Virus record (IMG/VR): IMGVR_UViG_3300030361_000024 | Reading direction: 5' to 3' (one strand) | Source of the DNA: a virus | DNA: 64,000 nt | Part shown: positions 15,598 to 25,189 of the stretch, in pieces | How positions within the stretch are numbered: position 1 is the stretch's first letter | Layout: each line of letters begins with the position of its first letter | The notes under the pieces: model-generated | Told to the model about the DNA's origin: nothing | The model's database searches: none | The model's input: the letters and a program-made list of their open reading frames with translations, nothing else | Position numbers and translations under genes: made by a program

Positions 15598-15722
15598 TAT
15601 TTTTTCTTCTTCATCTTTGGCTTGGCTTTGATCGGGCCTTTGCCTTTGACTGCCGGGGTCTTGCGCTTGACCGGCTTGGTGGTGGATTTGCGGTACTGAA
15701 CGCGCGGGGTCTGGGTTGCCAT
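15597..15722 (-). CDS. 41-aa Lys-rich micro-protein
   Basis: Below the track cutoff. It reads MATQTPRVQYRKSTTKPVKRKTPAVKGKGPIKAKPKMKKKK, with 16 of 41 residues Lys or Arg. Its TAA overlaps the next ATG (TAATG at 15599-15595). Confidence 0.45.
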   Translation of the reverse strand: MATQTPRVQYRKSTTKPVKRKTPAVKGKGPIKAKPKMKKKK

Positions 15723-15723
15723 G

Positions 15724-15897
15724 TTACTTCTTCCTTCTCTTGCGCTTTGCGCCTGCCTCGCTTAGTGCGATGGCCTTGGCCTGCTTTGCGCTTGTGACCT
15801 TTCGGCCTGAACTGGATTTAAGGGTGCCGCTTTTGTACTCGCGCAGCACCTTGCTGACTTTAGCAGACTTGGCGGCTTTTGTCCTTGGCTTGGGCAT
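15724..15897 (-). CDS. 57-aa basic protein, DUF6496-like
   Basis: Trimmed to Met14 (ATG 15897) behind AAGGTGA. VLREYKSGTLKSSSGRKVTSAKQAKAIALSEAG matches the E(F/Y)K.G.LKS...KV.S.KQA.AIALSEA motif. It ends in an RKRRKK tail. Confidence 0.6.
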   Translation of the reverse strand: MPKPRTKAAKSAKVSKVLREYKSGTLKSSSGRKVTSAKQAKAIALSEAGAKRKRRKK

Positions 15898-15947
15898 TAT
15901 TTCACCTTTCTGGCGTTGGGGGCGCATTGGCACCATTTGTATTTAAC

Positions 15948-16805
15948 TCATATGTATGACTTTATTTTAACTCTATAGTTCAACAGGGTTGCACTTGATG
16001 TGAAACCTCCATTTGTAGACGAACTGAATACATCTCCAACCTTTACGTCAAACAAGTATCGCTCGTTACTTCCTTGAATGAAGTTCCCTAATTCTTGCTT
16101 CAGCGCGTGGTTCTTGGTCGTACCATTTATTAGCACCCCGTTTAGAGTGTCTTGGCAGCTAACATTGCTATACGTCCCATCTGTATTTTGCGGGTCTACC
16201 CTGAATTGCGTTGTTACCTCAACTTGACCATTAAAATTGAACGTCAAGTCTCCGGACGACTGCGTAATAAGCCCAGTGAAGTCTGTGCTAGTTATTGAAA
16301 GGTTTATATCTGTTGAGTCTGTGTTTACGGATGAAGTTAAGTCTGCAGATGTAATATACTCAACGCGGCTGCGAACAGACCACGCCGCAACGGTTTGGGA
16401 GTTTACGACATCCTTGTATACGGCGAAGGTGATAGACTTATTCGGCTTGATCCTGATAGTAGATAGCCCCTGAAAAAATGAGCCGCCGCCGGATATTGAT
16501 ACGACAATATCATTATCTGAGTTGCCGCTTGATGACAGGAAATCAGACAGGTTAGCGACCCTGACCTCTTTAACCACACCGTTCTCTGGCACATCAGATG
16601 GGTCTGGCAGAGTCAGTGAGAAATCGCCGGTCCCCGTCCCAGTGTCTATTGCAAGCTCTCTCGGCAAGCTGCTTCCGGAGAGAGCAGTATTGGTCCCGGT
16701 ATTTATATACTGGAGATCGTGGTATCCAGACGATATAAGCTTCCCGTTTCCATCTATCTTAAAGTGGTTTTCGTGGACTCTATCGTCGTGCAAGTGGGTA
16801 GGCAT
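15948..16805 (-). CDS. tail fibre / receptor-binding-like structural protein (285 aa)
   Basis: Ser/Thr/Asn/Gly-rich beta-type composition. TAATG overlap with the upstream 1106-aa tail protein. Confidence 0.65.
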   Translation of the reverse strand: MPTHLHDDRVHENHFKIDGNGKLISSGYHDLQYINTGTNTALSGSSLPRELAIDTGTGTGDFSLTLPDPSDVPENGVVKEVRVANLSDFLSSSGNSDNDIVVSISGGGSFFQGLSTIRIKPNKSITFAVYKDVVNSQTVAAWSVRSRVEYITSADLTSSVNTDSTDINLSITSTDFTGLITQSSGDLTFNFNGQVEVTTQFRVDPQNTDGTYSNVSCQDTLNGVLINGTTKNHALKQELGNFIQGSNERYLFDVKVGDVFSSSTNGGFTSSATLLNYRVKIKSYI

Positions 16806-19800
16806 TATGTCACCTGTGTTGTTATAAGGGTTCCGTCAGTGCCAACGCTGAGACGCCAGCGTGTATTGTCTGAGGCAACTAGAACAAGCTCTTCGCCCAA
16901 GTTTACCGAATCGCCTTGGCTGTTTTCTGCCCTCAAAGCCACGTCAAAGGCCAGCACGGTCTCATGCGTGTAGGTGGTGCTAAACAGACCAAACTGCGGC
17001 AGGGTCGCGTGGTCTTCTAAGTTTTGCACCACGCTTGGGATTGGCTCAAAGTCTTCATAGTTGAAGAACCTCGCATTCTCATCCGCAACGGAGATATGAC
17101 CGCCCAGCCCCGCGCCAAAGTAGGTTTCATATGTCCGGTTGGTGTCGATCTCCGCCCGGTCGCCAGAGATGAACAAGTTGCCATTGCTCCCCGGCTTGAA
17201 AGCGAAGACCTGCCATCCGTCAACATTGGTTCCCTCAATCTCCACCTGCCGGGTTGTTCCTGTGGTTGCGGGAACTGTGCGGGTTTCGGTGTAGCTCAGA
17301 ATAACCTGAATGTCGTTGATGGTAGCCACCCCCCCGTTCACTCGCTCTGTGACGCTTACGCGGATCTCATGCTGCCCGTCTCCATTACGGTTCGGGTAGT
17401 ATCGCGCCTCAACAAACGCCTGCTCACTGCCGTCATTAAGGGTGAAGTTTGCGAAGGTCTCAACCGGTCCACCCACTCCAGTAAGCGTTGCCTGCCCTGC
17501 GCCGAACAGGTTCCCGTTGGCGTGGCCGCGATAGTCAATCGTCACCGTTGTTGATGCCGTCGGAATGTTACGGGTGAAGAACAGCTCATCCGCTTCTGGG
17601 ACAGGAATGCCATTCTGGAAAGTCAGCGTCGGGATCGTCTGCCAAATACCAGGGCCAGAGACTTGAGTCGCAGGCGCAGGATAGATGGTGTCAGTGATGG
17701 TGCTTGCTGGTTGTCCCGGAACTCGAACATTGACCGAGTAAGAGCCATTGACATAGCTGATCAGGTCTCGCCCAGTGGTGCCATCAAATGCTGTGACATA
17801 GCTCGCTTGGTTGGCGGGTTGTCCCGGCGGGATGTACAACAGCTTGCGCCGGACTTGATCTCCTGAAAGCTCAGACAGTGGCCGCGAGTTCTTTAAGCCG
17901 CCGCTTCCCGCGTTTTCATTCGGCTCATAGAACACTGATTGCGTTGTGCTGGTGGATCCGGAAATCTGGTTGTTATAGGTGGTCGGGTTGACTGTTGGGG
18001 TGCTTTCCTCAGTGACGCTGGTGTTGTTGTCCAGAACATCAATAACGGCATCTGGCAAGCTCAGCGCGGCGTGTTCCAGCTCTGCGTCAATCCGGTCAAG
18101 CGCCTCCTGATGGTTTGCAAGCTCATTGGTCCATGCACCCACCTGTTCAACCGTGGTGCGCTCCACCTCAAACACATGGCCAGAAGTGAGGCCCGTCAGC
18201 AGGTAGACGAAGTAGGTAACGCCGCCCTCTGTGAAGCTCTCGATCACGTCAACACCAAGCTGGCCCTGCATCAACGGAGTGACCGTATCAGCCGTGACGT
18301 TCTTCAAGACGTACAGGTGCGGCTGAGCAGTTGCAACGAACATTCCGGTGTTGTTGTTTGTGAACTGCGGGTTGTTCGCCGGAACCTGAGTAAAGTCGCT
18401 AAGCTGGGTCGGGTAAGCCCCGGTGCCGTCATAAGTCGCGAACCGCGCGCTTGGGTCAGGCTCGGAGTGAGTGACGCTGATGATCGGCTCCAAGCGGTCC
18501 TCAATCTCAGCATATGTCACGCCTTGATCGGGGATGGCTCGGTTTAGCTTCTCTTGCACAGATGCAGAGAGGCGCTCCTCTGGCAGGTTTTGCACGTTCT
18601 GCGTGACGTCAACGGTGCTGGGGTCAAGCTGGAAGTGCTGCTGGACCTCAGTCAACCACACCTCAATCGTCGCTAGGAACGGGTAGTTGATCGATTGGGC
18701 GCGCTGATAATGGCGATAGGTGCTGTTTGTGAACGTCGCATCGTCAACAAACGTGAAGTCATTGGCAAGGTTCCAACGCTCTACAATGGCGCCGTCAGTA
18801 TCCCGCAGAATGACGTCAATCGTGCTTTCCGGGTGGCCGGTGATGAAGTTCGGCGAAACGCCAACGGTCATGTAGCTGTTGAACAGGTTATGACCAAGTT
18901 GAAAGCGCAGTTGTGCGTCTCTGTTTTCACGCCCGCCGACATAGCGGTAATTATCGCCTGCGCGTGGGTTGTTTGGATCGGTCGATGGTGTGATGAATGG
19001 GGCGGTCGTAAGTGGGTTCTCAGACAGCCATACAACGCCCTCAGAACCAAGTTGAGAAATCAGGCCCGCATCAACCCGGTTGTCGATCTCTGTGATTTCT
19101 TCATGGAAGTTGGAGGCCGCGCGGCTGGTGCGCTCAAAGCCCGTCCGCTCCCAAACAAACCAGTTGTCGCCGTCCGTCCAGCTCGTGAATGCATCGGCAT
19201 CCCAGACCACGTAGTCGCCATCATTGATAACGCGGTCACTCACGCCAGCGTCAAGCAGGCCCTGCCGCAGGGTTCCATCGTTCGGGTTGGACCCGGCAAC
19301 GCGGAACGCATAGCCTTTCAGTACCTCCCCGGCACCCGGCAGAAGCGATCCGTCCGCGTTATTCCAAGTGCGAGTTTGCAGAACCACCTCGCCAAAGGTG
19401 GCAACCGGATCTGTTGCCTGCTGGACAGAGATCCGCTCAATAGGTTGGATAGACCCACCAATGCGCTCAACCCTATAGGTTACAGACATGCCCTGCCCAA
19501 GCGTGGTGGGGAACGCCCCCTCAGCGAAACCGACACTCACATTTGGCGCGGTGATTGTCAGTCGGTTGCGGGTGATGAACGTGCTGCTACCGCCGTTGTA
19601 CTCAATCGTGCGAGTAAGAACCTCAGCAAGTCCACGGGCCGCAAGATCATCAAACGCCAGCGCCAGCTCTGTTGGGTTAGGGAACTCAAATGTGTAACGC
19701 CCATTTGGTTGTCCGCGCGCGCCAGACAGAGTTAGGCTTTGCCTACCTCCATACCAGATGTCTTGGTTTCCGCCGGGAACAACGTAGTTAGGAAAGAAGC

Positions 19801-20125
19801 TGCCGGTAAACGTGACAGGTTCAGAACCAAGTCCGGTGCCGTCAACGAGATCCAACGCTTCACGAACGGTATCCACAGAGGCGGCGCTAAAGATCCCCCG
19901 TGCATTGGCGTTGTCATACGAAACCATTGCGGCTGACACTGTACCAGGGGTGCCACCGTCTAGCTGGAAGCCATCAATAACAGCCGCCATCGCCTGTACT
20001 GATGCGCCAGAGGACAGACTCGCCAATGTTCCGGTAAGTGAGCCAGTGTCCAGCTGTATTTCGTCTGCATATCCTAACGTACCACTAGAGGACGTAAGCG
20101 TTACGGGAATAGAGCGATCAACCAT
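16805..20125 (-). CDS. large tail fibre / tail-associated structural protein (1106 aa)
   Basis: Trimmed to Met13 (ATG 20125), giving an 8-nt ATG..TGA overlap with the upstream ORF. It has long beta-rich composition and no enzymatic motif that I recognise. Confidence 0.8.
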   Translation of the reverse strand: MVDRSIPVTLTSSSGTLGYADEIQLDTGSLTGTLASLSSGASVQAMAAVIDGFQLDGGTPGTVSAAMVSYDNANARGIFSAASVDTVREALDLVDGTGLGSEPVTFTGSFFPNYVVPGGNQDIWYGGRQSLTLSGARGQPNGRYTFEFPNPTELALAFDDLAARGLAEVLTRTIEYNGGSSTFITRNRLTITAPNVSVGFAEGAFPTTLGQGMSVTYRVERIGGSIQPIERISVQQATDPVATFGEVVLQTRTWNNADGSLLPGAGEVLKGYAFRVAGSNPNDGTLRQGLLDAGVSDRVINDGDYVVWDADAFTSWTDGDNWFVWERTGFERTSRAASNFHEEITEIDNRVDAGLISQLGSEGVVWLSENPLTTAPFITPSTDPNNPRAGDNYRYVGGRENRDAQLRFQLGHNLFNSYMTVGVSPNFITGHPESTIDVILRDTDGAIVERWNLANDFTFVDDATFTNSTYRHYQRAQSINYPFLATIEVWLTEVQQHFQLDPSTVDVTQNVQNLPEERLSASVQEKLNRAIPDQGVTYAEIEDRLEPIISVTHSEPDPSARFATYDGTGAYPTQLSDFTQVPANNPQFTNNNTGMFVATAQPHLYVLKNVTADTVTPLMQGQLGVDVIESFTEGGVTYFVYLLTGLTSGHVFEVERTTVEQVGAWTNELANHQEALDRIDAELEHAALSLPDAVIDVLDNNTSVTEESTPTVNPTTYNNQISGSTSTTQSVFYEPNENAGSGGLKNSRPLSELSGDQVRRKLLYIPPGQPANQASYVTAFDGTTGRDLISYVNGSYSVNVRVPGQPASTITDTIYPAPATQVSGPGIWQTIPTLTFQNGIPVPEADELFFTRNIPTASTTVTIDYRGHANGNLFGAGQATLTGVGGPVETFANFTLNDGSEQAFVEARYYPNRNGDGQHEIRVSVTERVNGGVATINDIQVILSYTETRTVPATTGTTRQVEIEGTNVDGWQVFAFKPGSNGNLFISGDRAEIDTNRTYETYFGAGLGGHISVADENARFFNYEDFEPIPSVVQNLEDHATLPQFGLFSTTYTHETVLAFDVALRAENSQGDSVNLGEELVLVASDNTRWRLSVGTDGTLITTQVT

Positions 20126-20630
20126 GGAACACCTCGTAGTCGATAGGGGCTGTGCGCCCATTGTTGGTTTGCATTAGCAAGTTGTATAGCTGCCCGTTGA
20201 TTGTTCTGGCGCTATTGGTGCGCTGGAATGTGTCTAGGATTGGGATTCCCAAGGTCTTCTCCGTTATCCTCGTGATTGGCCTATCGGCTGGCTCTAGAAT
20301 CCCTAGGATCTCAGTGGCTGGAAAGTTGACAGAAATCTCATAGCTTGACCCCGGCTGTTGGACATCAACGCTTGTCAGGTTGGCTAGGTCCACTGTCGCA
20401 AAGTCATTTGTCGCCCGGATGGCGTAGTATGCCAGCTCGTCGGGCTGCGTAGTCCTGATCTGGGTTGTTAGGGTGTTAGACATGATCGTTTGCCCGCCAG
20501 ATGTTGTGCCGCGAATCTGGAACGTCACCTGACCGTCAGAGCTTGTATCAATGCCCGTCAGAGCGATCTGGACTGTATGCGTCCCGTCAGATGATGGCAC
20601 AGTGATTATCTTGTCATCACCACCTGTCAC
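20118..20630 (-). CDS. tail-fibre-like ORF with no convincing start (the frame stays open and protein-like to at least 20830)
   Basis: The track start is a GTG with no RBS. Upstream in-frame codons (VETGTNLNENAQFTFTTQATDQITALNLV) look coding but contain no ATG, GTG or TTG. The frame is -1 relative to the 397-aa gene. Confidence 0.55.
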   Translation of the reverse strand: MTGGDDKIITVPSSDGTHTVQIALTGIDTSSDGQVTFQIRGTTSGGQTIMSNTLTTQIRTTQPDELAYYAIRATNDFATVDLANLTSVDVQQPGSSYEISVNFPATEILGILEPADRPITRITEKTLGIPILDTFQRTNSARTINGQLYNLLMQTNNGRTAPIDYEVFHG

Positions 20631-20746
20631 GACAAGGTTCAGCGCTGTAATCTGGTCTGTCGCCTGAGTGGTAAATGTGAACTGCGCATTCTCATTCAGG
20701 TTTGTGCCTGTCTCGACGCGGGATGGAACTGTGGAACTCAGCCCGC

Positions 20747-21940
20747 TTACGCCCGGATCTGGAGTGACGGGGGTGTAACGCCAGTCACGTTCAGATTGAT
20801 AACCCCGTTGGTGTCGTCGTACTGAACAGTCAGGCCGTTGTGTGTGCCTCCAGTGAGCATAGCCGCGACAAGATCTTGGGTTTCCTCATCGGTTGGCAGG
20901 TCAGCCTCTGTCAGAATACGCTCATCAACAACAGTCCAGAACCGCGTCCCAAAGTACGGAACATTCTGACCCACAATAGTGAAGCCAAGTGGGTCTGCGT
21001 CTACATCTGTTTGCGTTGTGACCGAGCCAAGGATTGTGAACGGCGTTGCGTCTGGTGACAGGAGGCGAACATAAAGCTCCTGCCCTGTATCCTGAAACGC
21101 TGGCTCCAGAGATGTATCTAGAACAAAGTCAGACGTTCCGGGGTCACCAGTCAAGTCAAATACATCACCGTCTGCAATCTGTGCTGGCGTGTGGCTTCGA
21201 TAGATCACTCGTGCGTTAGCGTCTGTGCCGCCGTGAATCTGGATGTAGAATTTCCCGTTTGTCCCGCGCGTCACCCAATTATCAATGATTGCCTTAGTGA
21301 TGTTGGTGAAGTTAAAGGCAAGCTCTGTGGTCGTATGCGTGGTGTCAGTTCGGCTTTGGAAAACAATCGGGCCTTGACGCGCTGTCGCAAGTTCAATCGA
21401 GAATGTGCCAGTGCCTGCTGCTGTAAGTGGCCTACTGCCAATAAGGGCATAGACCTGATTGAACATGTCATAGGCGATAAACCGCCCCTGAGACGCAGAA
21501 ATCCTCAGGTTAAGGAAGTTCAGGGAGTTGTCAGGAATACCAAGAGACTTGGCGCTTTCGATAAGGTCAGAAACCTCACGCATAGAGGACGCAACAAGAG
21601 CGCCCCCCTGAACCATTGGAATAGTCCCGTCAGGAACTCCGGGAATATTTGCCATCCCGTCACGGCCTGCAACGCCAAGCGCAGAGCTATTATCCAGCCA
21701 AGATGTGCCCGCTGAGTTTCGCACTTGATACTGTGCCACAGCATTCCCGCCATCTGTGTATTGCAGGATGATGTTGAGGCTGGTGTCGTTATTGTAGAAT
21801 GTCAGGTTAGAGGGATTTGCAGAAAAATAAGAATCACGCGCACTTTCTGCCGCCGCGCGATCTGCTCCCTCAAAACGGTTCTGCGCAGGGCCTAGTGTAA
21901 AGCCGCCTCCGCCACCGCCAATCAATCCAGGATATGGCAT
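20747..21940 (-). CDS. tail fibre-like structural protein (397 aa)
   Basis: It has an N-terminal Gly run (GLIGGGGGGFTLG) and beta-rich composition. TAATG overlap with the upstream gene. Confidence 0.75.
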   Translation of the reverse strand: MPYPGLIGGGGGGFTLGPAQNRFEGADRAAAESARDSYFSANPSNLTFYNNDTSLNIILQYTDGGNAVAQYQVRNSAGTSWLDNSSALGVAGRDGMANIPGVPDGTIPMVQGGALVASSMREVSDLIESAKSLGIPDNSLNFLNLRISASQGRFIAYDMFNQVYALIGSRPLTAAGTGTFSIELATARQGPIVFQSRTDTTHTTTELAFNFTNITKAIIDNWVTRGTNGKFYIQIHGGTDANARVIYRSHTPAQIADGDVFDLTGDPGTSDFVLDTSLEPAFQDTGQELYVRLLSPDATPFTILGSVTTQTDVDADPLGFTIVGQNVPYFGTRFWTVVDERILTEADLPTDEETQDLVAAMLTGGTHNGLTVQYDDTNGVINLNVTGVTPPSLQIRA

Positions 21941-22386
21941 TAGCTGATAGACCTCCAGTGATCCGCAACCATGAACGTGACGCCTGTAACGCCGTTCAGG
22001 ATGATGCGACTATACTTGGCTTGGCTATTGAACGAGGGTGGGGTGTAGGTTGCCACTGCGTTAGGGGAGCCAGTCGTTGCGGAGATGATTGTATTGGCTT
22101 GGATGATGTGAGAATTTGTCTCAGATGGCATCAGCCAAAGATTTTCATATGGCCCAGCCTCAACAGTAACCGTGCCAGCAGTGGGTGTGGCTGGTACTGG
22201 ATTGTCTGCCGTGCCAGAGAAAAACTGAATGAAAACATTGCCTATGTTGTAGTTCATAGACATTTCTTCAGTGAAGAACGTACCGTCAGCGACTGGAATT
22301 AGAACGCCGCCATCGGTTGTGATAGCTGTATTGCCATCGGTTCTTTGGAATTGATAGCGCGTGGCGCGCCCTACAACGGAGGTCAT
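21940..22386 (-). CDS. virion structural protein, hypothetical (148 aa)
   Basis: Called on its position in the tail module and its coupling to the downstream gene. Confidence 0.6.
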   Translation of the reverse strand: MTSVVGRATRYQFQRTDGNTAITTDGGVLIPVADGTFFTEEMSMNYNIGNVFIQFFSGTADNPVPATPTAGTVTVEAGPYENLWLMPSETNSHIIQANTIISATTGSPNAVATYTPPSFNSQAKYSRIILNGVTGVTFMVADHWRSIS

Positions 22387-22495
22387 TACTTGTCCCTTTC
22401 CAATTACAAACGCGCGTAATTAAAGAAAAGGACGCCCCTCCCGCGAATATAACATGCATCACGGAATGGGGCAATAGTGCAAGCTGGATGGCAGG

Positions 22496-25171
22496 TTAGC
22501 CCCTGTCGTTTGTCTTCATCCCGACCACCATAGCGGCGACGTGAACCGGGTAAGGTGCCTGCGCCTGAATGCAGACGCGAGAGTCTGTGCGCCAGTCTCC
22601 GTTGAATTGCTGCATATCAACATCGTACTCTGACAAAACCGCGCCATCAGGAATGATCTGCCCGTCAGCGCCGAACCTATTCAGGCCGGTTAGATTGTTA
22701 GCGTCCCTGCCAATGCGAACCCCATCAGGTGCCGTATCCACCATAAACAGGCCAAGGTGATCAACCTTCTTATACTGGTTCAGCGGAGTGCCAAGCGCTG
22801 CCCCGTATGCCAGTTTGGTGGACTTCCAGTTGCCGGTATAAGGTAGTCCAACTGTGACCTCGCTATATGGCGTGGTGTTGGGGATTGCCCCGCCTGATAC
22901 AGTTGCCATATTGCTTTGATCGTGGATAGCCTGTCCGTCAGCCCAGACAATGACCTGTTGGCCTTCAAGGTGGTCCAGCCCGTCAATCGTGGCGCTAGGA
23001 GTGTCGTTGCTGATGTGCACAAAGCTGTCAGCCATCCGGTTCAGTGTGCCGCCGTTTGCGTTTGTGCTTCTGGCTAGGCGCTGGAACTCATACACTGTGT
23101 CATTGTTGAACGTGCGAGCAACGGACAGGTAGACTTCATCCTCAATAGTGGATGGCAGGACTTCCACGTCCTCAATAACCCCGTTGGTAGTCACGCGAGA
23201 CCACGCTACGACATTCTCTGTCGGCTCATATGTCAGAACCCGTGCGGTGCCATCATTGAGGACAAACCAGATACGGGTATCGGGCTGTCGCTGAACCGCG
23301 ATAGACCTAATCCCTGGCTCGCAAACGCGGGTGTGTAGCTCTGTCAGATCTCTAGACGCATAGTCAACCACGCCGCTTTCTAGGGCTAGTTCAAAGACAC
23401 GGGAGCCGGAACGCTGGACAAATACCGCGTTCTTGTCGATCTCAACAGGTGCGATATTGGCGCAGCCGCGAGTAGATGCTTTACGAGGCACGAATGCGTT
23501 AGCGGTCAGAGGCTCATCAAACGAACTGGCTCGGATAGAGATTTCCGAAATGTCCGTTCCGACAACAAGGCGCTGTAGGGATTGAAGCCAGACGATACCG
23601 CGCGCAGTCTCAGCGTTGACAGTCCTAACCACTGGCCCGGAATCCCCGACCTGCGTGTCATCAAAGCTAAAGAACCTATCACTGATAGAGCCAAAAACAG
23701 TATCACCGCGACCCCACCAGATCCTCCCATCATGAAATGCAACAGTGTTAGGCCATCCAAAACGAGCAGACCACTCCCCCCTATCCCACTGAGTAGTTGG
23801 GTTTGTGCTGCCGAAGAACTGCAAAACCTCCATAGTGGCAGAGGTTGGAGACAAAACGCGAAGAATGCGGCAAACCCCAGTTGTAGACCCGCCAGCATAT
23901 CGCAACTCAACTGTTGCTGTCCCCGCCGTGTAGGCAGACACGTTAAGCCTGAAGAAAACAATCTGGTTGTCTAGGTTGTTGGTAATGCTCGCAGTTTCCG
24001 TGCCAGTGAATGTGCGCTGCGTGGTCCAGCTCCCCGGCTCAGCGATGGAACTTTCCAAATCAATGGTTCCGTTCCAGTCTTGCGACGTGTTTACGACAAC
24101 GGTGAAAGTTCTGGACGTTGACCCTACACCAGTAACCCTAATGTTTTCAGTAGTTTGATTCGCACCTGAAAATGTGGATGAGACATTTTGCTCATTGTGA
24201 ATAAGGCGAAGCAAAGACCCAATGTCAGAGTTGTCAAACAGTGGCCTTGATGCAGTCAGTGTGCCGTTGCCATCCGTAACTGAAGGCTGGATTGTGGTTG
24301 TTGTTGGATCTTCCACCCGGAATGGACCGTCATCAACCTGATACCTAACAACAGACCAGGAGGTATCGCCCCTCCGTTCAATCTGCCGCTGCTGAAGCCC
24401 GTCAATCCCAAGGAAGAGAATATCCCTGCTTTGGTCGTGGCTAATCCCCCTGAGATTTTCAGAGGTCCACGGCTGAGAGATAGAGAGAACACCTGCTGGC
24501 GAAACTTCGCAGGACGATAGAACAACAGTCCTGTTTTCAGGTGTTAGTAGGTCAATCCAAAAGCTGGAGGCCCCTGGTACAAATGCAATGCTGTGCTGTC
24601 CGGGTCTCAAAACCTGACTGCTGATAAGATCGGTCCCGCCCGCTGTAGTGCCTACGTTCAGAGTTACGAGGCCACGGTTTACGACAATATCAAGCCCATG
24701 CTCTGTCTGTTGATCTCCTACCGAAACGGAGACCTGCTGCCGTGCTACAGCCTCGCTTGCAGGTGCGCCCTCAAGGACAAGATTCCCAGCGTCAACTCCC
24801 GCAGTTGCCGTGCCAGTGCTTTGATTCGACCAGCCAGTAAATGAGTTGAAATCCCCATTCTGAACCTGTGTCGCAACAGACTCCCTGCGGACAAGCCGCC
24901 CGTTCTGCATAACGCGCAGTTGTCCATCGCTGAGCGCGAGCATATACCGCGTGTCACTATCCACAACAAATGGAATCATAACGGTATTGGCAAGAGAGTC
25001 GTCCAGCCTTTCAAGCCCCGGCCTAAAACTCATTTGCCCAATAACTTCCGGGAACAAGTTTTCCATCCGCTCCGCTGCGAATTGAAGCCTTTGCAGATCA
25101 AATCTGGCTAGGGCTGACGGTCCGACCTCGCCGCCGTTAAGGCTGTATACTGGAGCATTTTGTCTCGGCAT
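22496..25171 (-). CDS. tail tubular protein B / nozzle-like protein (891 aa)
   Basis: The N-terminus YSLNGGEVGPSALARFDLQRLQFAAERMENLFPEVIGQMSFRPG parallels my recollection of the T7 gp12 N-terminus (NLKGGISQQPDILRYPDQ...GLQKRPP). Its size also fits. Confidence 0.5.
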   Translation of the reverse strand: MPRQNAPVYSLNGGEVGPSALARFDLQRLQFAAERMENLFPEVIGQMSFRPGLERLDDSLANTVMIPFVVDSDTRYMLALSDGQLRVMQNGRLVRRESVATQVQNGDFNSFTGWSNQSTGTATAGVDAGNLVLEGAPASEAVARQQVSVSVGDQQTEHGLDIVVNRGLVTLNVGTTAGGTDLISSQVLRPGQHSIAFVPGASSFWIDLLTPENRTVVLSSCEVSPAGVLSISQPWTSENLRGISHDQSRDILFLGIDGLQQRQIERRGDTSWSVVRYQVDDGPFRVEDPTTTTIQPSVTDGNGTLTASRPLFDNSDIGSLLRLIHNEQNVSSTFSGANQTTENIRVTGVGSTSRTFTVVVNTSQDWNGTIDLESSIAEPGSWTTQRTFTGTETASITNNLDNQIVFFRLNVSAYTAGTATVELRYAGGSTTGVCRILRVLSPTSATMEVLQFFGSTNPTTQWDRGEWSARFGWPNTVAFHDGRIWWGRGDTVFGSISDRFFSFDDTQVGDSGPVVRTVNAETARGIVWLQSLQRLVVGTDISEISIRASSFDEPLTANAFVPRKASTRGCANIAPVEIDKNAVFVQRSGSRVFELALESGVVDYASRDLTELHTRVCEPGIRSIAVQRQPDTRIWFVLNDGTARVLTYEPTENVVAWSRVTTNGVIEDVEVLPSTIEDEVYLSVARTFNNDTVYEFQRLARSTNANGGTLNRMADSFVHISNDTPSATIDGLDHLEGQQVIVWADGQAIHDQSNMATVSGGAIPNTTPYSEVTVGLPYTGNWKSTKLAYGAALGTPLNQYKKVDHLGLFMVDTAPDGVRIGRDANNLTGLNRFGADGQIIPDGAVLSEYDVDMQQFNGDWRTDSRVCIQAQAPYPVHVAAMVVGMKTNDRG

Positions 25172-25189
25172 ATTACCTTTGACCTTTTG

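Noticed and set aside
18695-19735. Long plus-strand ORFs antisense to big minus-strand genes: 18695..19735, 27616..28629, 37568..38566, 38633..39451, 41994..42956, 44704..45963 and 8921..9715.
   Set aside because: These are shadow ORFs opposite strongly supported genes (tail protein, tailspike, SLT protein, capsid, portal, SPFH). Their translations are Arg/Cys/Leu-rich and motif-free.
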